The position numbers were made by a program, and so were the translations under genes. A DNA stretch of 64,000 nucleotides from an uncultured Acidobacteriota bacterium (GTDB lineage: Bacteria > Acidobacteriota > UBA6911 > RPQK01 > JAPXNP01). The stretch lies in assembly GCA_963777605.1 (NCBI GenBank), contig CAVZRV010000027.1, forward strand, positions 480,001-544,000, given 5' to 3'. Below the pieces are notes generated by a model. The model was not told where the DNA came from. It searched no databases and saw nothing but the letters and a program-made list of their open reading frames with translations. Below are positions 1-11,802 of this stretch, in pieces (within the stretch, counting starts at the first letter, position 1; every line of letters starts with the position of its first letter).

Positions 1-358
1 GCCCGTCGGATGTGACCAGTTTTCCTTCCGAGTCGAGGGAGAAGTTTCCGGCGCGGGTATAGAATTCCGAACTCACCCCATCTCCGACAACAAAGAACCC
101 GCCGCCGCGGATCGCCATGTCGGTCGACAACTGTGATTGTTGAACGTTACCCTGCGACCATACCTGCTGCGTCGCTGTCGGCTGGACACCCTGCCCGGCT
201 TCAGCGCCGCCGCTCGCCGCGGCCCGCAGCTCCTCGAAGAACACGTTGGTAGCCTTGTAGCCGATGGTGTTGCTGTTCGACAGGTTGTTGCCGACGTTGC
301 GGATACCCAATGAACTCGAATTCAATCCTGTAAGCCCAACGAAAAATGTTCCACCCAT
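1..358 (-). CDS. flgE: Flagellar hook protein FlgE (5' part, runs off window)
   Basis: Manual translation from ATG at 358 (GGAGG RBS upstream): MGGTFFVGLTGLNSSSLGIRNVGNNLSNSNTIGYK...TDMAIRGGGFFVV...YTRAGNFSLD, the hook/rod N-terminal motifs; lies downstream of flgD. Confidence 0.9.
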   Translation of the reverse strand, partial: MGGTFFVGLTGLNSSSLGIRNVGNNLSNSNTIGYKATNVFFEELRAAASGGAEAGQGVQPTATQQVWSQGNVQQSQLSTDMAIRGGGFFVVGDGVSSEFYTRAGNFSLDSEGKLVTSDG

Positions 359-422
359 TTTCTTTTCCTCCTGGCCTGAAGCCTGATACTCTTCGCGGTC
401 AATTTGAGACCGCACTCAAAAG

Positions 423-728
423 TTATGCCCCCTCGGTCGTGCCGGCTCCGTCCTCCGGCAGGGGAGACGAAGCGATGAGATCGGAGAGCGTCTTCGCACT
501 CTCCTCGGCGGCCTCTCGAATCGAGATCAGCTGTTCCAATGAACTGAACTGGGACAACTGAGCCACAAACTCCGCTCCGTCCTGGGGGTTCAATGGATCC
601 TGGTTGCTCAACTGGGCAACCAGGAGTTTTAGGAAATCGTCTTTCCCCAGGGACGAATTCGTAATGCTCGAAGTCGTCTCTGAAGAAGGCACAGTCTCTT
701 GCGAGTAGGTTGTTCCCTGTATCATCAT
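423..728 (-). CDS. flgD: Flagellar hook capping protein FlgD (short, N-terminal domain only)
   Basis: [22 protein letters not shown]...[15 protein letters not shown] signature; located between fliK and flgE. Confidence 0.92.
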   Translation of the reverse strand: MMIQGTTYSQETVPSSETTSSITNSSLGKDDFLKLLVAQLSNQDPLNPQDGAEFVAQLSQFSSLEQLISIREAAEESAKTLSDLIASSPLPEDGAGTTEGA

Positions 729-741
729 AGTGTTTCTCCAA

Positions 742-2912
742 TCATGCGAAGTAACTGAAAACTCCGTCGTCAGTTTCGTCCGTGCCGGTCACTTCCGGCT
801 CACCAATCGATTCGAGCGACGAATTGCGAATCCCGGCTCTCCCGGGGGAAGCAGCCGTGCTCTGATTGGCGTCGCGCCCCCCGTCACCGCCCTGAAAGTC
901 GGAGACTTCTGCAGAGTCGACATCCACACCCTGCTCGCCCAGTTGTTCCAGCAGGTCCTTCAGACCCTCCTCAACTGCCTTCTTCACGGATGGGTCTTCA
1001 ACTCGAATTACCGCGCGGACGCCGTCGTCACTGCTGAAATCGGTCTCGATCTCGATGCGCCCGAGAAAGGCCGGCTTCAGAGTGACCGTGAACCGTTCCA
1101 TTCCGATCTGCCTCTCCAAGCGGGTCGCCTGGACGATTTGATCGAAGATTCGATCGGGCGCTGCCTCCCCAGACAACGTCCGGGCATGCTTCTCGGGAAC
1201 CCGAGCGTTCGGGGACGCGTGCTCAGCCCTCACCGTCGCGCCCGGAATCCAGTGCGTCGTCGGTTTCGCGTGCGAGGCCGTCGACGTAGTGCCGGTTCGG
1301 ATATGATTTGGCGGATGATTTCCCAGGTCGGATTTCACGGTGCGGGACGTCGACTGCTGATCAACCCTCTTTTCTGAAACCTCATGCCCGTCGCTACGAT
1401 AAGCATCGTCACCATCCTGGACATCGTCCTTGCGGCCCTCGGCGCTCGATTGCTGCTGAGCGGTCGGACGATGGGATCGGGAACCGGAGGATCCAACCCG
1501 GGAGCCATTGGCTCCGGTCTTCAAGAGTTCCCCGTGACTGCGGGATTCCAGTCTCGCACCATCCTCCTCGTCAATTGAAATCCGGTCCGACTTCTGCCCG
1601 ATCTTGGCCGCTTTCGGGTCCATCACGGTCGAAGTGCGAACGGTTTCATCCGCGTTGGGCAGACCGGCCTGAAATGCCGCTCGTTCCGAAACAGATTTTT
1701 CCGCCGAGGAGAAGGACTCACCTTCGACAATCGTCGGCCCCGTTGAGTCGGAAGTTATGACGCCAATCCGCTCGCTGGCCGCGCCCGGACGATCCGGGTT
1801 CGGTTTCTCGCTCACTTCAGTCGGCGAACCCAAGCGCGAATCACCCTGACGCACGGAACCGGAATGATCCCCGCCGCTTGCCCTGTCTACTGAATGAAGA
1901 TGCCACGCAGCGGGTTGGCTCAGCCCTTTACTTGCAACATTCTGCGCACCAGAGTCACTTTCGGGCGCCGCATTCCATCGCTCATGTCCCGCTACAGAGC
2001 TGGGTGTGACAGTCTTGGAGGCGGAGGAGTCTTCATCCCCAGGAGACCGCGAGAGCGATCCCACCGCATCTCCCCGATTCAGTCGGGAATCGCGAAGAAC
2101 TTCGGCAGGTTCGGGTCTATCGACCTTGTGCGTGTCAGGCACTTCCGATTCTGGAACCTCGGGACTAAGGCGAGCCGGCCGCCCGTTGTCCAGATCGTCC
2201 CGTAAACTCTTTTCGTTGTCAGACCGCCCGATCCGATTGGCTTCGAAGTCAGCGGAAGTCTGCTTCCCGTGATTTCGTCGCAGGCGGTCGGGGAGTTCAG
2301 TTCGGTCGGCCACTCTGGGGAGGTGCTCCTCACCCCGTCGGATGGATGCACTGCCGCCATCGGAATCACTCCCAACCGACAACGAGGCAGCGCCAACTGA
2401 CGTTTCAGCAAGGCGGACCGGCGACTTCTGAGGGCCGAATTCGCTGTTCGGCGGAGTTAGTATCGCTAACATCGGCCTCTTCACCAAAGCGTCCGGGAGT
2501 GGGTGGGCCGTCGCTTCGATCCCGTGCCGTGAACGTCGGTCGATTCCTGGACCGCCTCGTCGTCGGATTCCGGTTCGGGAGCGAGCGACTCCGATTCCGA
2601 TTCGCTGCTCTTCCCCTTTGATCTTTCCGTCACCTTGAAGTCGTGGTGGAGATCGAATCTCGCCACCCACTTTCCGGAAGACGAGAGATCCGTGTCGGGA
2701 GATCGATCCGCCCCTTTTTCACCGGCGGTTGCCTTGTTCCGGGCGCCCTTCCCCTGCTCCGTCGAAACGCTCCCTTGATGACTATTCTCATCGAAGAGCA
2801 ACGCCAGGAACTGATTGGCAAACTCGCCCCGTTCGGCCTTCTTTCTCGGAGCGGCCTGGGCTGAGCTCTGATCAGTCTTAAAGAGGTTTTCTAGTGTTCT
2901 GACTTCGTTCAT
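742..2912 (-). CDS. fliK: Flagellar hook-length control protein FliK; split by an apparent frameshift near 2500-2540
   Basis: C-terminal Flg_hook domain ([13 protein letters not shown]...[15 protein letters not shown]) after a long low-complexity region; the N-terminus fits ORF 2481..2912, which starts just below a sigma54 motif; the start of ORF 742..2670 reads as off-frame Arg-rich sequence. Confidence 0.8.
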
Positions 2913-2928
2913 ACTCGCCCTTACCTAT

Positions 2929-2944
2929 TGCATCGGGCGTGCCA
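2929..2944 (-). promoter_or_regulatory. Sigma54 -24/-12 promoter for fliK-flgD-flgE
   Basis: Minus strand TGGCACG-CCCG-ATGCA vs consensus TGGCACG-N4-TTGCW; AT-rich IHF-like TCAA-N4-TT segments at 2971-2996; palindrome GGCAAGATCTGCC at 3043-3055 further upstream. Confidence 0.75.
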
Positions 2945-3054
2945 GAAGTCATACCTTTCGAGTAATCCACTCAAGTAGTTTATTCTCAAAGACTTATTAA
3001 TCGATCAACGAAGCCTTCTCAAACCGGGAAGGCACGGTGGGAGGCAAGATCTGC

Positions 3055-3504
3055 CTAGTCGGCTAGGAAAGGACGGCCATCCCGGGTGAGGAGGAACAGG
3101 TCGTCCATCTCGTTCTGGAGAGTACGGTCCAGCTCAAACTGGAACCGCTCGAGTCGGCGCTCACGCAGCTTCTCGACGATGCTAACCTTCTTGCGGGCTT
3201 CGACAACCCGGTTACGCTGCACCGTCACCCGTTCGAGCAACACAGCCAGCCGGTTTTCGGTCTCTTCGATCTGCTGCTCAATGAACTGCATCCGCTGGCG
3301 ATACCAGGCGATCTCGAACGCATGAATCTCTCGGTGGGAACTCAGCTCCGTTGAGGTATTGCCCCAACTTGACCGAAGGTCCTGAATCGCCTCCCTCATG
3401 CGGCGTTCTTCGTTCATGAGCTCCGTCAGGCGCAGTTGCTCCAACTGCTCCTGATGACGGGAGATCTCGAGGTAGGGATCGAGGCGGAACGAAAACTTCT
3501 TCAT
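3055..3504 (-). CDS. fliJ: Flagellar export protein FliJ
   Basis: MKKFSFRLD start, coiled coil, C-terminal QNEMDD; overlaps the fliI stop. Confidence 0.9.
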   Translation of the reverse strand: MKKFSFRLDPYLEISRHQEQLEQLRLTELMNEERRMREAIQDLRSSWGNTSTELSSHREIHAFEIAWYRQRMQFIEQQIEETENRLAVLLERVTVQRNRVVEARKKVSIVEKLRERRLERFQFELDRTLQNEMDDLFLLTRDGRPFLAD

Positions 3505-4838
3505 TGCAGGCCGGCAAGGCTGAGGAGGTCGGCGATCGCCGCCTTTCGATCGACCCTATCGAGCATTTCCTGACGAAGGTAAGCGTTGATCTTATCCTGC
3601 ATTTTGATTGCCAGGTCGATCTTCGGGTTTGATCCCTTGTTGTAGGCACCAATATTGATAAGATCTTCTGCCTGCTGGTACGTATTCAGCAAATCACGTA
3701 ATTCACCTACAACCTGCAACTGCTGTTTGCTCGCAAGCTTGGGCATCAACCTGCTGATGCTCTGAAGTATGCTGATGGAAGGAAAGTGATTCTTCCAGGC
3801 AAGCTCTCGGGACAGGATAATGTGACCATCGAGGAGTCCACGGACAGCATCCGCGATCGGTTCGTTCATGTCGTCCCCTTCCACGAGAACGGTATAAAAA
3901 CCGGTGATGCTGCCACCTTCGAAGTTTCCTGCCCGTTCGAACAATTTCGGCAAGAGGCTGAAAACTGACGGGGTGTAACCCTTCGAAGAGGGCGGTTCAC
4001 CGGCCGACAGGCCAACTTCCCTCTGAGCCATGGCGACTCGGGTCACCGAGTCCATCACCAGCAACACCTGATGCCCCTGGTCCTTAAAGTACTCGGCAAT
4101 CGCCGTTGCAACCTGGGCCGCCCGAATTCTCATCAGTGGGGGATTGTCGGACGTGGAAACAACCAGGACACTGCGCTCCAGGCCTTCCGGCCCCAGGTCC
4201 TCCTTGATGAATGCATTGACTTCCCGGGATCGCTCGCCAACCAGGGCAATGACAGTCACCGAGGCCTCGGTGTTGCGGGCCATCATTCCGAGGAGCGTAC
4301 TCTTGCCGACACCGCTCCCTCCAAAGATCCCTATCCGCTGGCCTCTTCCAACCGAAAGCATGCCGTCAATGGCGCGCACACCAGTGCCCAGCGCTGTGTC
4401 GATGTCTTTTCGTTCGAGAGGGTTCTGTCCATACCGGTGAAGTGGATAGAGGGCTTCCTGGCGGAGCGGCCCTTTGCCGTCCAGGGGACGGCCCGCCCCG
4501 TCAATCACTCGGCCCAGGAGTTCGTGGCTGACAGGGAAGAGAGCCTTATGACCCTTCGATCGAACTCGATCCCCCAGTCGAATCCCCTCGGTGTTGTAGA
4601 TAGGCATGGAAAGGACACTCTTGTCCCTGAATCCAATCACCTCAACATCGACGGGCTCCGAGTTCAGTTCACTAACGACTTCGCACAGATCCCCGACACT
4701 TGCTGGAGGTCCGTCCGACTCGATCGTGAGCCCGTCGGCCTTCCGAACGCACCCTTCTACGGGGAGAGGATCTATCCTTTCCAACGTCGACAGCAGTCGC
4801 GCCAGGTCAAAGTCGTTAGAATTCTGAGAGGAGACCAT
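3501..4838 (-). CDS. fliI: Flagellar export ATPase FliI
   Basis: Walker A GGSGVGKST, GERSRE, MDSVTR and GEPPSSKGY motifs; start placed at ATG 4838 (ORF is open to 4880). Confidence 0.96.
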   Translation of the reverse strand: MVSSQNSNDFDLARLLSTLERIDPLPVEGCVRKADGLTIESDGPPASVGDLCEVVSELNSEPVDVEVIGFRDKSVLSMPIYNTEGIRLGDRVRSKGHKALFPVSHELLGRVIDGAGRPLDGKGPLRQEALYPLHRYGQNPLERKDIDTALGTGVRAIDGMLSVGRGQRIGIFGGSGVGKSTLLGMMARNTEASVTVIALVGERSREVNAFIKEDLGPEGLERSVLVVSTSDNPPLMRIRAAQVATAIAEYFKDQGHQVLLVMDSVTRVAMAQREVGLSAGEPPSSKGYTPSVFSLLPKLFERAGNFEGGSITGFYTVLVEGDDMNEPIADAVRGLLDGHIILSRELAWKNHFPSISILQSISRLMPKLASKQQLQVVGELRDLLNTYQQAEDLINIGAYNKGSNPKIDLAIKMQDKINAYLRQEMLDRVDRKAAIADLLSLAGLQ

Positions 4839-5446
4839 TTTCAACCTTGCTGAATTGCTCTGAGAGCCGGCCATCGACATTTCCGAAGGAGGACTCGAGA
4901 AGGCAATCGCCCCGTTTGAGATCTTCCTTCACCTTGAGCTTCAGATCCCGCTCGTTGAAGAGTTGCGGGGCGGAGTCCAACCGGGCCTGAACGAAAACCA
5001 GATCTTCGGGGTTGAGGTAAACCGTCACCGATGCGTTTTGGGTAAGTCGATTGAGCGCGACCTGAATCAGGGTAATGACGATCTCCGGATCGATTTTGAT
5101 TTCCCGGCCCACAAGCTTCCGTGCGATCCCGACCGCCAACCGAACCAGATCCCGGTTCGTTTCCGAGACGATCTGTTGCCGGGTCTTTCCCATCTGCTCG
5201 AGGGACTCTGTGAACCGCCCGAGAATCGCTTCGACCTTCTTCTCGGCCATCTCCAAGCCCGAGTTCCGGCCGGCCTCGAACCCCTTCTGGTAGGCTTCCC
5301 GCTCGACCGTCGCGACACGGTCGGCATCCGATTGTCGGGGGGCGAGAGGTCTGATGCCGGACCGCCCCTGGTGATTGCGGGGCAGAAATGTCCTGAAATT
5401 GGAAGGACCGTGCCTTTTCTTTGGCAGACAGGCGGCTAGACAACAT
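4816..5446 (-). CDS. fliH: Flagellar assembly protein FliH; apparent +1 frameshift near the G6 run at 5337-5342
   Basis: C-terminal FliH domain in ORF 4816..5256, preceded in frame by VEREAYQKGFEAG; the N-terminus MLSSRLSAKE overlaps the fliG stop in another frame. Confidence 0.85.
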
Positions 5447-6470
5447 ACTGATCGCCTCCGGATCCTCCCAGATCGATTTCTCCGGAAGCATCCATCTCTC
5501 GGATTACGGAGACGATTTGCTGTCGGGCGGATTCCACTTCCTTGAGGCGTATTGGGCCAAGCGCCTCCATGTCTTCCCGCAACATATCAACGGCGCGTGT
5601 CGACATGTTCCGATAGAAGTGCTCACGGAGTTCTTCAGCCGTACCTTTCAACGCGGTCACAAGCGACTTCTTGTCGACCCGCTGGATGATCTTCCTCATG
5701 TCCGCATCGCCGAGAAGCAGGATGTCGTCAAAAACAAACATCAGGTTACGGATTGAAAGTGCCAGGTTCGGATCCTCTCCCTCGATCCGCTCCAACGTGT
5801 CCCGGCTCATCTTTCGATCCATCCGGTTGAAGATCTCAGCTACCGTCCTCAACCCCCCGAGAGTTCCCTGGTCGAACTGGCCGGCCTGTCTCAACTTGGA
5901 AGCCAGAAGCTCCACGATCTTGTTCCGAACCGGCTTGGCAACCTGTTCCAACTGGGCCAGTCTTTTCATCACGTCGGCACGAACGTCGTCGGAATGCATC
6001 CGAATCACCTCCGCAGCCGATTCAGGCTCAAGGTGGCTCAGTATTACCGCGACTGTCTGAGGGTGTTCGAACCGGATCAACTCATAAACGTCTTGGGGAT
6101 CCGCGTACTTCAGTGTTTTGAGACTCTCTGTGGCAGTCAGGCTCTTACCGCTGAGGTAGCGCAGTATCTCCTGGGAAACCGGTGGTTCAAATGCCGACTC
6201 AATGACCTTTCGGACGTAGTCTATTTCGCCGCGAAGCTTGACCTTTCCGGACTTGATCTCCCCCATGCACTCGGAAATAACGTGGTTCGTGACTCCGTCG
6301 TCGACCCATCCGAGGTTCGTGATCTCCTGGCCCAGGATCTTTACTTCCTCGTCGTGGAGGCCCCGGAACACTTCGGCACTGACCTTCTCCCCCAGGTAGA
6401 CCAGGAGGATCGCTGCCTTGCGAATCCCGTTCAGCTTTATGCCGCGCCGAGCTGCTCCCGCTCTGTACAT
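5436..6470 (-). CDS. fliG: Flagellar motor switch protein FliG
   Basis: RKAAILLVYLG, EHPQTVAVILSHL, MFVFDD, NMSTRA motifs. Confidence 0.96.
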   Translation of the reverse strand: MYRAGAARRGIKLNGIRKAAILLVYLGEKVSAEVFRGLHDEEVKILGQEITNLGWVDDGVTNHVISECMGEIKSGKVKLRGEIDYVRKVIESAFEPPVSQEILRYLSGKSLTATESLKTLKYADPQDVYELIRFEHPQTVAVILSHLEPESAAEVIRMHSDDVRADVMKRLAQLEQVAKPVRNKIVELLASKLRQAGQFDQGTLGGLRTVAEIFNRMDRKMSRDTLERIEGEDPNLALSIRNLMFVFDDILLLGDADMRKIIQRVDKKSLVTALKGTAEELREHFYRNMSTRAVDMLREDMEALGPIRLKEVESARQQIVSVIREMDASGEIDLGGSGGDQYVV

Positions 6471-6524
6471 TGAGAGGTTCTCCCAGGATGTCGTTATGAT
6501 CCATTACCGCTAAATCTTCCATCT

Positions 6525-8147
6525 TCAGGCTCCCTCAGACAGCCAGGACCGAATTAAGTGCGTGACCGCCTGGGGATTCTCTTTCGCCAGGCGAACCAGT
6601 TCTTTCTTCATAGCCGAATCCTTGTCTAGAACCTGGTGTCCTCCCTCACCGCTTTCCAACAATTTCTCGCCGGAAAGGGCCTGTTCGAGTTGCTTCATCA
6701 GTTCGGGATCCTTAAGCGAAGCATTCAACTTCGCCGCTGTAGGATTCTCCACCTCGACGTAGGCGAATACCATCTTCTTCACCGGCCGGAAGACCATCAG
6801 GTAGAAGAGGAGGAAAAGCAGGATGACCAGGAAGTACCGACCGACGGGATAGATGACCTCCTTGTTGCGTTCCCAGAATGAAGGGGTGGGGAGGGTGACT
6901 TTCTCATCCGCTGGAGTCGTAAAAGAGATGTTCTCGACAATCAACGTGTCGCCGCGAGTGCTATTCAGCCCTACTGACGCACTGACAACACTCCGGATCT
7001 GTTCCATCTCTTCCGCGGACCGACTTTGCGGGGTCAGTCCCGAACCGTCCTCCGCCGGCACCCGCTTGTCATCCACCACCACTGCCACTGAAAGCTGCGA
7101 GACTGTACCGCTAGGCACGACTGTCTGGCGAACCGTCTTGCTGACCTCGTAATTCGTGGTCTCCGTCTGCAGACTCCGGCCGTTTGTACTCGTCGAGGCG
7201 GCCTGGGGCGAGTTGGCAGCCTGGGGATCGTTTGCCTTAAAAGGAATTCCCTGGGGCGCCGGGCTATTTACGAGCTCACGGGAAATCTGCTGGCTGACCA
7301 TGACGGGGTCGAGCACTTTCTCCGTTTTTTCGGTCGTTTCCGAGAAATCCACCTGGACCGAGGCACTGACCCGAACGCTGTCTTCTCCGGTGATAGGCTC
7401 CAGCATCCGGACCACTTTGTCGCAAAGTTCCCGTTCAACCTTGCGTCTGAGCGAGAGTTGAACCGCATTCAACGAATCCTCTTCGGGAGAAGAATCGGAG
7501 AGAAGGTTTCCGCTCACGTCCACCACGGTAACGTTTTCCGGGGCCAGCGCTTCCACCGCAAAGGCGATCAGATTTCGGATGGCGTCGACATGCTTTCGGT
7601 TGAGCGTGCTGGTTCCTCTCAGCCGCACCACCACCGAGGCCTTCGCCGGCTGCGCATCGTCTTCGAACAGCGACTGCTTTTCCATGACGAGGTGGACACG
7701 GGCCTGGTCGATCTCTTTCAGAGTAAGAATCGTCCTCTCCAGTTCTCCTTCCAGGGCCCGCCGATAATTGACCTTCTGGGCGAACTCCGTCACTCCCCAA
7801 TTGTTCTGGTCGAACAATTCCATCCCGATTCTCCCGACCGTCGGGAGATCCTGGCTGGCAAGTTCGATCCGGAGTTCATCAACCCGGTCCGCCGGGACCA
7901 GAACCGACTTGCCGCCGTCGCCAAGTCGGTGAGGGACTTCGAGCCCGGTCAACCGATCGACGACAGATTTTGCGTTGGCGGCATCCAGATCCGAAAACAG
8001 AAGTTGGTACGGCTCACTCTGAACCATGTAAGTAAAAAAGAGAACTCCGCCCAGGATCACGGCGCCGAGAGTGACGATCGACAGCTTCTGGTTGAGCGTC
8101 AAATTTTGATTGAGTGCCTTGAACTGAGAAAAGATGCTTGCGGGCAT
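6525..8147 (-). CDS. fliF: Flagellar M-ring protein FliF
   Basis: Two TM segments, GMELFD...EFAQKVNYRRALEGELERTI, ARVHL, KASVVV. Confidence 0.96.
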   Translation of the reverse strand: MPASIFSQFKALNQNLTLNQKLSIVTLGAVILGGVLFFTYMVQSEPYQLLFSDLDAANAKSVVDRLTGLEVPHRLGDGGKSVLVPADRVDELRIELASQDLPTVGRIGMELFDQNNWGVTEFAQKVNYRRALEGELERTILTLKEIDQARVHLVMEKQSLFEDDAQPAKASVVVRLRGTSTLNRKHVDAIRNLIAFAVEALAPENVTVVDVSGNLLSDSSPEEDSLNAVQLSLRRKVERELCDKVVRMLEPITGEDSVRVSASVQVDFSETTEKTEKVLDPVMVSQQISRELVNSPAPQGIPFKANDPQAANSPQAASTSTNGRSLQTETTNYEVSKTVRQTVVPSGTVSQLSVAVVVDDKRVPAEDGSGLTPQSRSAEEMEQIRSVVSASVGLNSTRGDTLIVENISFTTPADEKVTLPTPSFWERNKEVIYPVGRYFLVILLFLLFYLMVFRPVKKMVFAYVEVENPTAAKLNASLKDPELMKQLEQALSGEKLLESGEGGHQVLDKDSAMKKELVRLAKENPQAVTHLIRSWLSEGA

Positions 8148-8167
8148 GAAGGTACCTCAAACGGTCG

Positions 8168-8479
8168 TTAGACCTGCATTCTCATGACTTCTTGATAGGC
8201 CTCAATCAGCTTGTTTCGGACCTGCATCATCATCTGGAAGGAGAGATCCGCTTTCTGCATCGCGATCATCGCGGTATGCACATCCTGGATTTCTCCCGAG
8301 ATCACCTTCTGAATCTGCTGATCCGACGCCTGCTGCGCCTGATCGACATCCTGAAGAGCCGATTTCAAGACGTCCTTGAAATCCGCCCCGCCCGCATCCG
8401 GCTCCTTCTTCTGCAACTTGGACTGGAACTCCTGGAGTTGCTGGAAAGGACTCGAACGCTGAATTAACAAGTCAGCCAT
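8168..8479 (-). CDS. fliE: Flagellar hook-basal body protein FliE
   Basis: DVHTAMIAMQKADLSFQMMMQVRNKLIEAYQEVMRMQV. Confidence 0.96.
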   Translation of the reverse strand: MADLLIQRSSPFQQLQEFQSKLQKKEPDAGGADFKDVLKSALQDVDQAQQASDQQIQKVISGEIQDVHTAMIAMQKADLSFQMMMQVRNKLIEAYQEVMRMQV

Positions 8480-8490
8480 CGTCTCCTCCT

Positions 8491-8928
8491 CTATCTACCG
8501 ATCTCGAGCGACCTTCGAACCAGTTCCTTGATCGATTCAAAGGCCCTGATATTGGCTTCGTAAGAACGCTTGGCGGCCATGAAGTTGGCCATTTCTTCCA
8601 TCGGGTTGACGTTTGGATAGGCCACGTAACCCTGCGGGTCGGCATCCGGGTGGCCCGGTTCGTAGACCAGGACCGGAGGACGATCGTCCGTGACAACCTC
8701 TCTTACCCGCACCCCTTCCAGTTTTCCGTCTCCGACCTCTGCCAGCAATTTCCAGAAAGGTTCGGCAGACTCCGATTCGAAGACCACGTCCTTGCGCCGA
8801 TAAGGCCCCCCTTCCGGGGTCTGGGTGGTCTGGGCATTGGCGAGGTTGGTCACCAGAAGTTCGAGCCTGCGACGTTGTGCCGTCAAAGCTGAGGCGCTGA
8901 CATCCATGGCTGAAAAAAGTCCGCTCAT
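8491..8928 (-). CDS. flgC: Flagellar basal-body rod protein FlgC
   Basis: NLANAQTT..GGPYRRK, YEPGHPDAD..GYVAYPNVN. Confidence 0.96.
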   Translation of the reverse strand: MSGLFSAMDVSASALTAQRRRLELLVTNLANAQTTQTPEGGPYRRKDVVFESESAEPFWKLLAEVGDGKLEGVRVREVVTDDRPPVLVYEPGHPDADPQGYVAYPNVNPMEEMANFMAAKRSYEANIRAFESIKELVRRSLEIGR

Positions 8929-9326
8929 ACCCTACCCTCCTTGATCGACGACTTGAGCAACTGGAGTCTCAGTTGCATCAGGCGACCCATCACGCTGAAC
9001 TTCATCACGTTCTCGGCCAGGTCCACCATCTCTTTTTCCAGATCAACGTTGTTCTGGTCATAACCTAGGCTGTCGCCGACTTGTGCAAGTTCGGCCTCGG
9101 TTCGAATGAGATGCGGAACGCCCGAGAGATGTTCCGGCCTCGATTTCTTCAACTGTCCAGGTCCCGAACCCTCGGCCTCCGCCAGGAACTGTTCAAAGCC
9201 GATGTCTTTTGCCCGGTATCCCGGAGTCTCTGAATTGGCGAGGTTACTCGTAGTCACCTGCTGTTTCCTGGCAGCAAAATCGAGATAGGCTGACATCCGA
9301 GTGAGGATTGGTTCGTCTATTTTCAT
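8925..9326 (-). CDS. flgB: Flagellar basal-body rod protein FlgB
   Basis: SNLANSETPGYRAKD, DQNNVDLEKEM. Confidence 0.95.
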   Translation of the reverse strand: MKIDEPILTRMSAYLDFAARKQQVTTSNLANSETPGYRAKDIGFEQFLAEAEGSGPGQLKKSRPEHLSGVPHLIRTEAELAQVGDSLGYDQNNVDLEKEMVDLAENVMKFSVMGRLMQLRLQLLKSSIKEGRV

Positions 9327-9335
9327 TGATTTTCC

Positions 9336-10647
<1,312 letters not shown>

Positions 10648-10655
<8 letters not shown>

Positions 10656-11802
10656 ACCCGGTCTCCTTGGAAAAACTCAAAATGAAACGCGACCCTTGAC
10701 CTTCACGACTGTGGACTTCAATCCGACCACCGAGGGCATCGAGCAGCCGGCGAACAATCGCCAGTCCAAGGCCCGAACCGCCCTTGGACATGGTGAAGCC
10801 CGAGTCGAAGATGAGCCTCTGGTACTTCTCGGGGATGCCGACACCCGTGTCTTCTACTTCGATTGTCACATCGCCTTCGCTTTCCCGGCTGCGAAGCGAA
10901 ATCTCCCCTCCTTCGGGGAGAGCCTGCATCGCGTTCGTCAGAAGGTTGGTAATGATCTGTCGAATCATCTGATCGTCCAACTGAACCGGGCTCGTCGTTT
11001 GGAGGTCTTCCACCACCCGAATTCCGCGCTGTTCCAGGAGTGGCTTCATAAATTCGGCACACTCGCCGAGCACCGCTGCGAGGGAAACGGAGATCAGCGC
11101 CGGGTTCGGAGTACGGCGAACACAGAGGAGGTTGTTCAAAACCGTGTTGAGTGAGCGGATACCGATGCGCACATTGTTCGAGTAGAGAAGACGGTCTCCC
11201 GCCTCAAGGTCATCCTCGGCAAGAAGCGAGGCAAACAGTTCGAGCGCCCCCAACGGGTTGCGAATCTCATGGGCGACTTCCATCGCCATCTCACCCATGG
11301 CTGCGAGACGCTCCGTCTCCCGCATGCGCTTCTCCAACAACTTCACACGGGTCACGTCCTGAACCACCAGAATCCGCTCTCCGCCCCTGAGCCGTGACCA
11401 ACTGCAATGCAGCGTGCGCTGCTGGCGCCCGTTGAAGGTGATTTCGGTCGCGGCATCCCCGTCGGCAGACAGGCTGGCAGCCCTCTCGCTGAACTCTGCA
11501 TTCTCCAGAATCGCGGTCACCGGGAAGGGCAGGCGGCGGTCCCCGATCTCAAAGAGGGTCCGGGCTTCCTCGTTCACCGTTGTCACCATTCGCTCGGGAT
11601 CAACGACCAGGACGCCACAGGGGAGGTTCTGGAGCACTGTCGTAAGGTAATAGTTACTTTGCTCCAGCTGTTGAGACAAGGACTGGACGCGCAGGTGAAG
11701 TTCGCCGTAGGCCGACTCAAGGGCGTTCGACACCTCGTTAAACGAGTTGAACGCGCTGAGAAGTAGTTCAGCTTGATTGGAGGAAGTCGCCGTCGCGGTC
11801 AT
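10648..11802 (-). CDS. PAS sensor histidine kinase, FleS/FlrB-like
   Basis: N-terminal AFNSFNEVSNALESAY coil, PAS, H-box AHEIRNPL, N, G1 (DTGVGI) and G2 (GSGLGL) boxes. Confidence 0.9.

Noticed and set aside
423-728. FlgD looks truncated
   Set aside because: Short FlgD proteins with only the N-terminal domain are known, and spacing to flgE is normal
6440-6505. Possible further frameshift giving FliG a longer N-terminus (MDHNDILGEP...)
   Set aside because: The in-frame ATG at 6470 has a GGAG upstream and gives a normal-length FliG; this cannot be resolved from the sequence
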